A program made the translations under genes and the position numbers. From Paraglomus brasilianum (taxonomy: Eukaryota), in NCBI GenBank assembly GCA_910592345.1, contig CAJVPI010000112.1, positions 1 to 52,954 on the forward strand: 52,954 nt of DNA, written 5' to 3'. How positions within the stretch are numbered: position 1 is the first letter of the stretch; each line of letters opens with the position of its first letter. Of this stretch, positions 1 to 12,552 are shown one piece after another. The notes beneath the pieces are model-generated. The model worked only from the letters and a program-made list of their open reading frames with translations. It ran no database searches and was not told where the DNA came from.

Positions 1-457
1 ATGTAAGTCTGCGAACGAGAGTACTACGAAACACGAATCATGAAAGATAATAGTCAACGCAAAATCATTCGTCTAGCGATAGTAAAATCATTCGTCTAGC
101 AAGAAAGAATTAGTTACGACAATGTCTGACCTTAGAGACAGAATTCTTAAGTAGTATAATAAAGTTGGCTAAGTCGGTGGCCTCATCACTAAGCATCGAC
201 GCTACAGAGCTCTATTGTCACGGTGAGGGAGCGCAGCCGCCTCGCGAAGAAAACCGCTGATACCGTTGTCAGTTTTTCTTTGGCAATGCATTGGGAAGCG
301 GTCGTTCTGGAACTGTTTGGAAATCCAAGCTCCACGGACGAATGGGGTCCCTGGCTTAGTTCTAACAGCAACCCACTTCTTGAGCGATAGTTTCACCCTC
401 ATTATGTGGACCAGTAGCTAGAAATTTTTTCTCTGTAAAATTGAACAAAATGGTATA

Positions 458-1700
458 ATGCCGCGCATTCACGGTAACATCAAACGAGTACCACGATGGA
501 AAACCAAAATAAACCGTTGCTACCGCCGTGAAGAAGACTATGCTGAAATACACGGATTACCAAGTCCCGGCCGAAAATCGGTCTATCGTAATTTTATTGC
601 AGGTCTCGAAAACGATAGCACGTTGAAATTGTTATGGCACCAATTAACGCAAATCGTGAGTCCAAGAACGGATTTATGTGACACGTGCCAACATTTTCGG
701 AACGGCTTACAGTATAATGCTCGTAAGGAAGACGGAAGCGGAAGATTTACTAAAAGTACAAAGAACATTTAGTTAAGGCTAAATTAGGAGAGAAATTGTT
801 ACAACCAAAATACAAAATTAGCAGAACAGCAGAGAAAATTGGTAGATACGCATTTTGTAAAGCTGATTATTGTAGCGCTGACACGACTGCTCATTACAAT
901 TACGATTGAGCACAAAATGCATTCCAATAAACAGGTAAGTAAATTTATTATCTCAGTCCGCGTAAAATACATTTATTTGGTATTCAAAATGAAGCAGTAC
1001 GCGAACAAATTAATTATGTTCTCGATGAAGATGAAATAATTGGCAAAGGTCCTAATACACTGAGCATGGTATTCGATGGAATTAAGAAATTGAATAAAGG
1101 TGAAAAGTATTTAAAGATCACTTGCGACAATGCGGGTGGACAGAATAAAAATAATGCTACCATTTGATTATATTTATATTTAATAATTTGCGGTTATTAT
1201 GAAAGTATTGAATTGAATTTCATGGCACGTACCTGGACATACTAAATTCAAGTGTGATGGTAGTTTTGGATTGATTAGAAAGATTGTGTGGAACATATTG
1301 TTGAGCTGTGAAAAATCGAGTATAGCTGAAGTAAATAAAGCTCAGCATTATGAAAATGGAAAAGGGTTTCAGTACTTAGATCTCAATTTAGTACCAGGAT
1401 TAATTTTTTTTTTAAGAAATTGAGTGGCATGCAAAATACCAGCATTTTCTATTTGAAGCAGCTAATCCTGGAATTTTCAAGCTCAGATGGTTGCTAATGG
1501 TGCTTTTACGGAATTTAATTTATTAAAAACCAGAAAAGCAAATTTTCTAAAATTACCAAAGAAATCAAATCCCTTTCAATACTAATGCTAATACTGATTA
1601 CTCCTCCTTTGGATTATAACAGACAAGAATATCTTTATCACAATATTTGCCCACTTGTTAGAGACGAATTCACTTGTCCAAGGCCAACCTACACTGGCAA
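458..1700 (+). mobile_element. Degenerate DDE-type transposase pseudogene (Sola-like / DNCxGQNKN-GHT family)
   Basis: Frame-broken translation gives SPRTDLCDTC (~660-690), ITCDNAGGQNKNNATI* (1117-1167) and ELNFM-VPGHTKFKCDGSFGLI (~1210-1276). The DNxxGQNKN...GHT...D arrangement is typical of this eukaryotic transposase family. Multiple stops and frameshifts. Superfamily name is tentative. Confidence 0.6.
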
Positions 1701-1885
1701 CGAATAAAACATTTAGACTAATCCTTTCCATCATTTCAATGCTTGTTAATTTTTTCGCTGTCATTAAGTTCTCCATCTAATTTTCGCTAGCTTTTCCCGC
1801 TTTTAATTTAAAGCTTAAAACAATTATATACTTCATATACCTTCATAAGTATATAAACAGAATAAATAAAAACAAATAGAAAAGC

Positions 1886-2245
1886 ATGGTAAACATAACA
1901 ATAACAACAGAACTCGGACAGAGAAATGAAGAATTATTAGAAAAAAACAAAAAGTTAAAGAAACAATTAGCAGATGAAGAAGAGTACTTTAAACTAAGAA
2001 TTTGAAATGCTGTTCACAATATTACAGAAAGATTGGTACTACTTTAAGAGCCTTAGAAAGATTTATTTGACCTGACAAGGGTTGGGTAAGTTATCCAGAA
2101 AAGAATGAAATTGACATTAGAAGAGTTGGTTTTAGTAATGAATTCACTCCTGAAATATTGTGAGAAGTTTCAGTGATGAAGCACGAAATTATGAAGAAAA
2201 AGAAGAATTAGAACAAGGATAGAAGAATTAGAGGATGAAGTGTGT
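1886..2245 (+). pseudogene. Intronless K/E-rich ORF relic that reads best with UGA=Trp (possible Mollicutes-endobacterial origin)
   Basis: ATG at 1886 gives MVNITITTELGQRNEELLEKNKKLKKQLADEEEYFKLRI(tga)NAVH. After a frameshift it reads QYYRKIGTTLRALERFI(tga)PDKGWVSYPEKNEIDIRRVGFSNEFTPEIL(tga)E. All three in-frame TGAs follow hydrophobic residues. Confidence 0.35.
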
Positions 2246-2339
2246 CGAGCTGGTGCACTGGCCTTGAGATTTAGTTCTTTTCCGACAAAAGTCTCTGCTT
2301 TTTCTACTTCAAACTAATACTAACGACAATTAGTGTCCT

Positions 2340-2970
2340 TTAACTAGGTTTTATACCCACGAACTGTATATTATCGGTCTTGTATACGTTGTCCCTGAAT
2401 TATTGCTTAACCTCGAGTATCACGTCGATTTCTCTGATGGGATTAATCTCAGAGCCTATCGGTCGGGGAAATTATCTCTCTACACTAACGTTAAATTAAC
2501 AATAACCCTGATGCAAAAGTACTAAATAGAATCGATTGGCAAGTATCAATCCCATTTACATTCGCCGATGACGGGAAAAGCGTTTTACACTTTGCCAACG
2601 ACGCAAGTATTTTTACCAGGGAATAAACGAAATATCTTTATTAGAATCTATCTAATAGCAACGTCTTGCCGAAGATGTGATCTAAAGAACAGATTAGAGA
2701 TTGTTTAGCTACTTACTACGACTCGTATTTATAACTAATTATCGGTTCACTAAATTGTCAAGATTTTAGGATAAATGAGGAGATTTGCATTGTATTCGCA
2801 TTGTCAAGAAATTTCGATATATTAGAACCGCTAATTATAGCTTGTCAAGAATTTCGTCATTATTTTGCTGATACTTCTGCGCTTAATCTGCACTTGCGCA
2901 ATTTCAGACAACTACAACTGTCTACTTTGTTACAGAGTCACAGAGGAATACGGCACGATCCTGACAAGTG
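2340..2970 (+). mobile_element. Degenerate repeat-derived coding relic, possibly an LTR-retrotransposon accessory ORF
   Basis: Broken peptide-like stretches (FYTHELYIIGLVYVV, LLNLEYHVDFSDGINLRAYR, DWQVSIPFTFADDG, TYYDSYL..IIGSLNCQDFR) with many stops. Family assignment rests on recalled resemblance only. Confidence 0.25.
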
Positions 2971-4325
2971 AAAATGGAGCGAGAAGAAGCTGTGCCAAAT
3001 GTCTGAAACAGTGTTAAAGCACAATGCTGCAATGGACAAGCTTATGGATCGAATAAAGTGATTGGAAAATAGGTTGTTAAACAAAGATCAAGAAATAAGC
3101 AGAAGAGATTATTTAGCAACCAAAGAATTCCCAGCTTTAAAGAAAGTAGATTATGCAACTCAAAAAATTAGTAAGTAAAGCCAAAGTTCAGAAGAATAAA
3201 TAAATCATATGAGATTAGAATATAGAGTTCTGGAAATAACAAAGAATGACGAGCAAGAGTGTGATAAATTTTGATGACCGACTCTTCTTAACTCTGATAC
3301 TTGCTCTTCAAATGGTAGCTCATAATACTCCTGATAAAAAAATTATTATTTAGATTTTGGCTTTATGTTTCTTCAAGTTTTCGTTTCATCATAAATTTAT
3401 TTATTGGTTTTTATTTTTAATAAATTTCATAGGTGGTTTTTTCTTTATCTAAGATAATCCTGGAGAGTTTGATTTTAAAAATACAGTATGTGGCGCAACT
3501 TTTTCACCCTGTTCTTTTTTTAGAATGCTTCTAATAGTGCTATAATTCTTTGGTTCCATGGTGAATTTTATATAAATTAATTTCATATGTATAATTTTAT
3601 ATGGACGTAATCCTATATTAAATGTGTTATAATTTATAATGTCATAATTCAATTGGTCCATCGTCACAACCAAAATCATTAGTCAAATTAGTTAACTTTC
3701 AGCCACGCCCGCCTCTCATTTATGTCACATAATTAATAGTGGATTTATGTAAATTAATTTCATATGAATATAATCCTATATTAAACACATGTGTGCCAGT
3801 TAATTTATGTCGAGCCACGGTTGTGCCACCACCAAACCAAAGATCTGGTTTTGTTGCAGCATGCCCCATACGATATCGTGTATATATTAATCCCGTTCAC
3901 CTCTTTTATTGCCATAACCGGATACTTTAGCCACATACTAAAATCAGCCCAACCACATGATTCGCGTCTTTCATCCTCATTAAACAGAATAAACACGAGA
4001 AAAACCATCTTCCCTTCTGTCTGCTCATCGCGCGCAATCTTTTGGTTCATTTCAGTATGCTTGTATAAGTTTATTAAGTATAACGTTCAAAAAGATGCCA
4101 ATGTTACATTATGCTTGAATCGTGAAATTGAGGTTAAAAATGCAGGGTCTATATAAATTTCTACATAAACAGAAAAGGCTCGCCCAGTTAACATCATCAA
4201 TCGACTATATTAATGCCAAAATCTGGGCTCACTTTGCTGTATTATTTGTACAATGTTAATGGAATAATCCATTTACGAAAAAAAAAAAGTCCATTTCTCA
4301 AAGAAAAGCAATAAGACTCTTCCTG

Positions 4326-6329
4326 TTATCCAAGTGAAACGTGTACAGCTTCATCGCAGACTCGACCTTTGTTCATCAGAAACAGATAACTTGGTCCAGG
4401 AGCGATAACGTAGGCATTAGGTGGGCTCTCCACTTTGATTGTAATCTCATTTTCGTTTCTAGTTGGCTTAATGCCCACCACATTTAATTCGACGAACCGT
4501 TGGCCCATATTTGTAGAATGCGTAACAAAGCCAAAGTGAATTATCGAAGCAAATATCTCCGGCTCTGGATCCGATGTCTTTGTAGTCACAGTCAACGTTT
4601 GATCATACTTGATTTTTATTGGGACTCCAGAGTACGATAATGTATCTTCGCCGAGAAGGGATGTGATTGTGAGTCGAGGAGTAGAAGAAGTAAAGTAAGG
4701 TGGGTAAAATTTCTCGGCCCGATATTCTGTCGGAAAGAGTGAATTGGGATTAAAATCGGGCTGCGGATTGCTTCCGGCCACGAAAATACTTCCATCATAT
4801 ATGAGCGTTGCCGTGGAGTGATACATTCTAGCAATCTTGCTGGGCGCAAGAGTCGTCCAACGATCGCTTTTTTCTTTCGCTGGGTCGTATAAAACTGGTG
4901 TAAATACTGGGTCGCTGTTTACGAATCGTGTTCCTTTAGCTTTGACATATCCAGCAAAACCTTTTTTGGCTCCATTGATAAAAACAATTTGTGCATTTGG
5001 TAGAATAACACTGTCAGGCATAACTCTTCCGATGCCGCCAAAGTCGTCCATATCCCATACTGGTTTGTCTTTGCTGAGGTCTATCCTTCCGCAACTGTTC
5101 GCCGCTGGCGCTTTTGAATCAGTCTTAGGACTTCCGCCACATATCAGAATCTCAGGTTTATAATTATTGCGGTATGACAGAGGAAGCAATACTGATGTAC
5201 CGGTAAGCGGGTATGAGCGAGGCGGTCCAGGGATGTCAGGAAGGAAGGCTATGGTCTCTCTAGTTTCGTAATTATAAAGAATTGATTTTTTGTTGGCAAA
5301 TAAGAACATCGTGTCTTCGCGATCAGGAAGTACGTGTACTTGTGGGTAAAGATTATTTGGAAGCCTAAATAGCATATTTTTCACAGGAAGAGGTTAGAAC
5401 ATATAACAATTTAAGAGTAAGCATTTAAGAATGTTGGGTAGAGAATATATATTCGGTCATAAATACTTACGTGTCAATTAAAAATTGCAACGGTATTTGT
5501 TCACGACTACGTGGGTAAATCTCAAAAGTGGGGTTGTTCACAATCTTAGAGTTAATTGCTACCGAACGCGTAGAACCGCCTATGATGAAAACATTGCCAT
5601 CCGGAAGCCTAGAAATGAATTAAAGCCACAGATCTTGGGTAAGTTAAACATTCTTGCTGACTATAGTTTACGATTTAACAAAATGTAACGTGCTTGACAT
5701 TTATTTTGATACTCACGTAGTCATTGTATTATACCATCTTGCATTTAACATCGTATCTGGAATTTCATTCCAGGTACATGAAGCATCTTCACAAGGAGTA
5801 AAGAGTCTTATCTTTCTATACCCTTCGCCAGTCAAACCCATTCCATCACCACCAGCTGTCTCAACGAGTGTTCCATTTGCAAGAAAAGCTCCTGCAGAAC
5901 AAAATGTGTCGCTCGTTAGTTTTAATGTGCGGAATGTGTTATTTGTGAGAGAGTATTGGGTAGACCAGCCAGTTTTGCCGTCGGGAAGAATCGCCTCTCG
6001 ATTTCGTTCGGCTAGGAATATATTAGGGAAAGATTAGATTTTTTTGAAACGAAAAAATCAAAATAATTAATAGTGTTCATATGTGCTGATTAACATACCT
6101 TTGTCGATTATGAGGACTTTATACTTGGATGTAACAACTGCATGCATTGCACTCGCTCCTGTACTGGAAACCCAAAATAAGCAGTCAATACCACTGCCTT
6201 TTTTGTTTAACGTAACTATTTTTGTCAAGCTTACCGTCCAACTTCTTCCCATCTTCCAAAGTCATTTTGTGCTAATGACGAGCATGTAAATACGAGTACC
6301 AGTAGTATGTAGATTGATTTGTAATGCAT
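4326..6329 (-). CDS. Secreted copper radical oxidase, CAZy AA5_1 (glyoxal oxidase-like), 5 exons
   Basis: Exons ~6329-6235 (signal peptide MHYKSIYILLVLVFTCSSLA), 6163-6099 (TGASAMH), ~6011-5717 (TFCSAG, ARWY), ~5608-5471 (LPDGNVFIIGG), ~5364-4326 (NLYP, RMYHS, THS, APGPSYLF). The cofactor Cys, Tyr and His ligand motifs are present. GT-AG introns. Confidence 0.93.
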
Positions 6330-8385
6330 TGTGCGGCCCGATAATTAATATGATGCTATTGTTATTATTATTATTTGTATTATTTGTATTATTATTTAAT
6401 ATTTGTTCGTATGTGCAAAATGTCTGTGGTTTTTGAGTGTTGCTACCACTCGATATTCACCAACTTTTGTCTCAAACAAAAGTTGATAAATAATGCAATT
6501 ACGAGTTGCGTTAATGTTCAATTCAATCGTCTACTCGCTGGTCTAATTTGCAGCAATATGATGTTGTAAACATAGCCTATCATTACAAGGAAAGAAGGCG
6601 GACAACGGTGGCGTATCAAATGTCTGAGGGTCATAGCGGAAGAGGTGGCGGCGCTATTTATCTGTTTTCTGTCATAATGGCCCATGTTGAAGATTATGTA
6701 TATATGCAGGTATCTTTGGTGGATGAATTTAGCATTATTATGAAGCGACGATATGTATTAGATTTGCATTATTGGGTTAGTTGCTACTGACCAGAAAATC
6801 AGCTGTTTATTACTGAATAAGGATGTGTCATTTTATCCGACCAATAAATGAGCAAAGCTAACATCCGACACAAAGTCAATAATAACTTATCTAATTTTAA
6901 AGAAAGACCTCTCCGTAAAGCCAATTCTTTTCTAAATCCAGAATGGCGCAGATTCTTAATCCATAATAATGCATAATTGCACCGTTTAAGTAACCAATAT
7001 ACCATCAACTATTAAATTTACAGTGATGACATATTTTTGCATGTTATGCTGGTGCGCATACTTACTTATGACTCGGAAGCAACTGTTTCAAATTCATTCC
7101 CTCAATCTAACGTCCTAATTTCACATGATTCACACTGTGGCCTGACTACAAAACATCATACGATGTTAACTGGCCATTCTTGATTCATTTCTAAAACGAG
7201 AGATATTTATCTATCGCACTATCGAATCTATATTTAGCGGTACTTAGTCATTACGCTGATTGATATTGCAACCAACTTTAATATATATTTTACTTTCACA
7301 TGACCATGTGAACTCACCACTGAGAATTGTCAGTGCCTTTGGGGCAGTATTGTACACACAAGTTCCAGTTCAATGAATTGCGTACACAAATCGGACCACA
7401 ATACAAATAAGGATTGTAGCAGAAGAATTTGTGGTTTAAGATCTGTTGAACGCCTCGAAATTGCCTTTTCAACCACATAATATCCATCCTATGGGGTATT
7501 TTTACCATGTGAACATCTATTTCTATCGCTACTATTTTTAACGTACTTTCATTCTCCTTTATCACATCTATGCTTTCAACAGTATTAGATGGGGTTTTTA
7601 TTGATTGGATTTTCATTTTTACAGTTCCGAACGATCGGTTCTAAAGTATTGCATGTGCTGCATCTCATGAACATCTGCTGGGCATCATTCATGATTCCAA
7701 TAGTCCAATGACTTTCTACGTTTAGTTTCAAAGAACATACAAACTGATGTAATTCAATCAAATGAAGTTGATTTGGACCATTGTTTCATCTGATGGAATG
7801 TTCTCAGCAGATCAAGAAGAGCGTTGAATTAATCAAGCTTTATACCCAAGACTTACCGTAAAAATTACTTGTATAGGCAAACCATTTTCGAGAAAGATAG
7901 AGCAGTGATATTTCCCTCCATTTTCAGAAGCGAGTTCTTTCCTCGATAAAATAATATTTGCGCAAAAAGTTACACCTTTTACCGAACTCGGATATTAAAA
8001 CATCTATAAAAATGTTTCAGGATTATTCTCACAAGGGGGTAGCCGATCTACAAAAGAGTTATGCGATCATTACGGAATGAACCCTTATTGCCCATACAAG
8101 AGACGATCTGTACATTGTTATTAATCGTATGATAGAAATTGATCAATCGTACAATAGAAAGGTTTATTCATACAATTGCAAAAGCCAGCTATGACGTTAG
8201 AAAAGTCATATAAACGAATTTAATTATACCATTTTTAAATTAAATTAAAACCGATCTGTGTAGACCGAAAGATGCTTCACAATCAGTTATTAGACAATAG
8301 AGAAACATGAATAATACATTAAGCAAAGGGAGATACCAAAAGTATCGCACGGTTGAAATTTAATAAAACTTTTAATATGTAACTA

Positions 8386-9077
8386 CTTGTGTAATTTTTA
8401 TACCATATCCTATGTACTGTATTAGCCAAACGGATTTTGCCTATTGTTTTGATTTTTGGTTTTAAAATTTTTAACTTTTACACAAAAGAGAAGCATTATT
8501 GCGGCTAAAAATTAGGCAAAAATTGCAAAAGCTGAGGATGTCATCGAACAACAGGTATAAGACGTGTTACAGTTTATGAATTGGGAGAAGCTTTCAAAAA
8601 AAAAAAAACAACCAGCCGACTATACTTTATTGACATTCAAAAAGACAAACATTGAAGGCTATAATTCTCGAAAAATAAGAAAACAGGACAACAAAATCTA
8701 GCAGCATGTTTTCAACAAAAAAAATAACACTTATACAAACAATTTGCCGAGCATTCCTGTATACCTCGAAAAAGCCTCTGTTTCGGGCAGTAGAAAGACT
8801 ATGGAAGACTGGAAAAAGGATAATCTGGACAGATGGGTTTACGTTTTCAGTTTCGAAAGCCTGGTTGCAGTTGGGAAAGAGTGTGGAGAAAGCCAGAAGA
8901 GCATCCACGAAGATTGCATTTCATCAACAGTAAAACATTCAAAGGATGTAGTATGCAAACATCGAAAATGGTAACCCAGTTTTTACAATCTGTAAACAGA
9001 TTATTATAAATCAAAGCATTAGGCAAAAAATTTGTTTGGCTAATATATAGGCGAACACGATATAAAAATTACGCGGG
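8386..9077 (+). mobile_element. Internally deleted Tc1/mariner element with ~70-bp imperfect TIRs
   Basis: Left end cttgtgtaatttttata...tattagccaaacggattttgcctattgttttgattt (8386-8457) is inverted relative to aaatcaaagcattaggcaaaaaatttgtttggctaata...tataaaaattacgcggg (9008-9077). Internal relic KKPLF...MEDWKK/IIWTD corresponds to the first catalytic Asp motif. Confidence 0.7.
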
Positions 9078-11181
9078 CAATCGACTGTGTAATAATACTT
9101 TACATAAGATTTTTTTGACAAAGCAAATAATCGATTAGGTATGTCATGATCTTTATACGTCAAACAAGTTTAAAGAATTCAGTAATAAATAGAAATTTTG
9201 CCAAGAGATTTACTGTGTCTTAATCCCCAAACTTTTATTAGCATAATTTGCATTAAGTAAAATGTTTATTTTGTCGGACATCTATGGCAATTGCACCCAT
9301 GGCGATACTAATACATGTCCATGATTAGCTAAATAAAGAGGTTTGTGTTATGTTTCTCCGCTAACAATAATTAATATCCTACTCATAATTATTATGACTC
9401 TTTAAGCAGATATGTTTTGTGCAATCGGTACATCAATTTCTATCACTCAAACAAATTTTCGTCGCTTACTTCAACTTGAAGCTACTAGACCACCTTCTTT
9501 CGAGGCAAAGTGAGATTACGAGAAAAAACATTCCCAGCATGAACATATCCACACGAACCTTGTTAATTAATAACTGTTATTTTGTCTTGCTTTCCCCAAT
9601 TATGACGATAAATGTAGACATCAAATATGCCGTATAACGTCAAATTGCATGTTTTCTTACTGTAAAAGTTAACAACCGTATAATATTACAAAAAGCAACG
9701 GGTACAAAAATTCGTTTGTTGCTAACTAGGGCGTTGTAGCAATTGTGATGATAATTCGCATTCTCTGTATTGGGCAAAGTCGTAATCTTGATGTTCCCGT
9801 AAGTCTAGTTTGATCATTTGTATTGGGATAACGTTTGCATAAAATATCCCACGATTCAGAATTTGGTCTACAATGGTATCATGTATGCCTCAATTAGAAT
9901 TAATGCTGAATCAGCTGGCAATTCCTTGTATAAGTAGTCGTTCTACCAAGACACGGTTAACATATCTTTTTGTTTTCAGATACTGTTCTTATTGTTTTAT
10001 TATAACGTACTGTCAATCTTAATTAATATATTGAATAATAAGCATCTATGCTATATACAATTTCCGGTTTCTCAGTACTCAATATTGTGTCTGTTAATTA
10101 ACAATGAAATTTATCAATGCGTTGCATAATGACTATCGAGCCATATACGCAATGTTCAGCTTCGGATTAGACTGACTATCATGAACGACGTTCGTGGTTA
10201 AAGTTGAATCGCACTATTAAAAATTGCATCCAAGCTTATTTAACTCGTCAATTGCGATTGACTAAATATATGACAAGCTCGGAGTCTACCAATGGAATCG
10301 AATAGTCAATATTGATCGTCAAGGCAAAAAGCGAATTAGGAGAAATCGCGGATAAGGTAAAAGAATATTCCGAATGCGCTAACTATTCATTGAGAAATCT
10401 AAGAGGATCAATATTGCCGAAAGTTTAGATTTATTTATTAAAGATAATGAAAAATTAATTGAAGCGACGTTCATCCGGACTCACCCCTTATTAACTAATG
10501 AGTGAAAAATTTTGCTCATTCCTATTATCAGTATAATTCGCCATTATTAATAACATGCATATTAATGATACTTTGCAGCTTCCATAGATCTAATGAGCAT
10601 CTCTACTAACCTCATCACATCGGTCATTGTTCTCTATCTATTTACCTTTTACCCTTTAACCTTTTTACTTAACCACAAGACATGTTCGCAACCAGCAAAA
10701 ACTCCTCACTGCGTATCTGCTAGTCAGGAAATTCCAATGTCCAATTTACAGAAGAATAGAAGAACTTATAAAAAGACTGACAGATATGTTATGGGACATA
10801 TTTGTTTAATATTGTTCTGCAAGAGATACGTCCTGACTGTTACCAGGTTTAAGCTCGAATAGCCTCCTTGTTATAACGCTTGTGACCATTAAGCAATTTA
10901 TTATTTTCGGGCGCATTGCTTGCAAATCTCTGTAAGCGATGGTTAACAATGATACTGTTAATAACATGTTCCGTAGGTCAATGCTCTCATACAAGTCTCG
11001 TGCCTATTGTACGATATTAATCTGTGTCTAGAGGCAAAAATCCCTGTACAACGCCTGCGTGTGTTATCAAAGCTATTATAGCATAAGCATTCAAATATTT
11101 TAGCTTAACAGTTATTTTTAATGTCTCGGTATTGTTTCAATCTCCACTTAATTTTTTTTCAAATTGCAGAATTTCTTCCAT

Positions 11182-11447
11182 TCTTTTACTGCGTTCAATT
11201 AAGCTTTTTTACTTAATTGCCGGGAAAAAAAAGTTGGGATCCTTAAGATTATTATCATTCTTTGAGAATAACACTTTATCACCTTTTCTTGTCCCAAGAA
11301 GGTATGACTGCTGTCGGTAAGAATTTTAGCAGAGTAACAATAAAACAGCCCGCTGTCAAGAATTGATAATTAATTCTCTGAGCAAGTTCTCGACAAGAGT
11401 AGTTTTACCAGGACCAACCGGGCCATAAACGCCATGTTGATTTTTAT
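11182..11447 (-). pseudogene. cmk: Frameshifted bacterial-type cytidylate ((d)CMP) kinase relic
   Basis: Restoring three 1-nt deletions gives (ATA=M?)KINMA-VYGPVGPGKTTL-xRELAQRINYQF-LDSGLFYCYSAK. This matches the Cmk N-terminus (IAIDGPxGxGKT...LAxxLxYxxLDSGxxYR). A downstream SLIERSKR (11205-11182) resembles Cmk ASxEERAKRR. No introns. Confidence 0.65.
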
Positions 11448-12552
11448 ATCAAATATATTTTCTTCTATTCAAGCTTATTTTTAAAATAAATAGTTTAGGT
11501 TTTAACATGCCTGAGAAGAATTAAAAACTATTAATAGAGAGTAATTATATACAATTTTACACCAACTAGAATTATTTATTCCTTTTGGAAGATAAACACT
11601 TGACAAAATATATTTAATGCTTGTACCGAGCCAACACCGCGGAGGAACGTTAGCTCTTTCAAACGAGGGTTGGCTACCTCTATTACTGCTTAAATTACCA
11701 ATACAATTAGTGATGTTAAATTAAGTTTATATACTCACGATTCTTATTTTCGATTGATTCTCGATTGTTAATTACACTGCCGTTATAACACTATCCTCTA
11801 TCGATGAAACGGTTTCGATAGCCCGTAGGACATCGGGGAATAATAGCCTCGATTCGCCAAGGTCTCTTGCATAACGAGTGTTCCATATAGTGATTCATAT
11901 GTTTTTTGGTAGTGTACCATTCGTCCAACACATGAGATAATCCAAGTAGTAATGCTTCTCCTTCCCTTATTGACCAAAAGCTTCAGCGCAGGATTCCCAG
12001 GTAGGGTACCCCTTACATTATTATTACGCATCTCAAACTAATTGTTTACGCGAATGCAGAGCCAATCAATACTAATACCAATCAGATTGTTTATCATTTT
12101 ATATAGAACTTCGTTAGAATGCGGATCAGGATACGATTTCTGATCTATTATAATATTATTAGTAAATTTCCCTTTATAAAAGAACAATCTATAAAGAAAT
12201 AAGCCAAAAACAATTTTTAATATCTTTTACCTTGACAAGCTTGCTGCATTTTTAGTATTAATGAGTGACATCTTCACAAACAACCAATAACATTGAAATG
12301 GTGCTCGCACGTGATGAGATGCGAGTTATATTAACTATAACGGGACAATTAAAGATAATGTGCGCTTTCGCGTTTCTTATAAAATGCTCTTGTATATTGC
12401 GGTACATCATATGTGGGTCGTTGCAACAAAGCCAGACTGCGTGCCAATGAATTATAATTATTAAGTGCCGCAGTGCGTATTAAAGCTATTTAGATGCAAA
12501 GCACCAGGTTTATCAAGCAATTGATCAAGTTTGCAGTTTTTTATTGTAATAG

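Noticed and set aside
61..100. 17-bp direct repeat aaaatcattcgtctagc x2
   Set aside because: Only two copies with a short spacer; a local duplication, not a CRISPR array.
3574..3785. Repeated blocks aaattaatttcatatg and taatcctatattaaa
   Set aside because: Two imperfect copies, probably subterminal repeats of a decayed element; no regular array.
6799..7960. Minus-strand peptide-like fragments, possibly a MULE-type relic
   Set aside because: No catalytic motif could be read with confidence.
11790..12170. Possible gag-like relic on the minus strand
   Set aside because: Too degraded; no zinc knuckle or pol motif visible.
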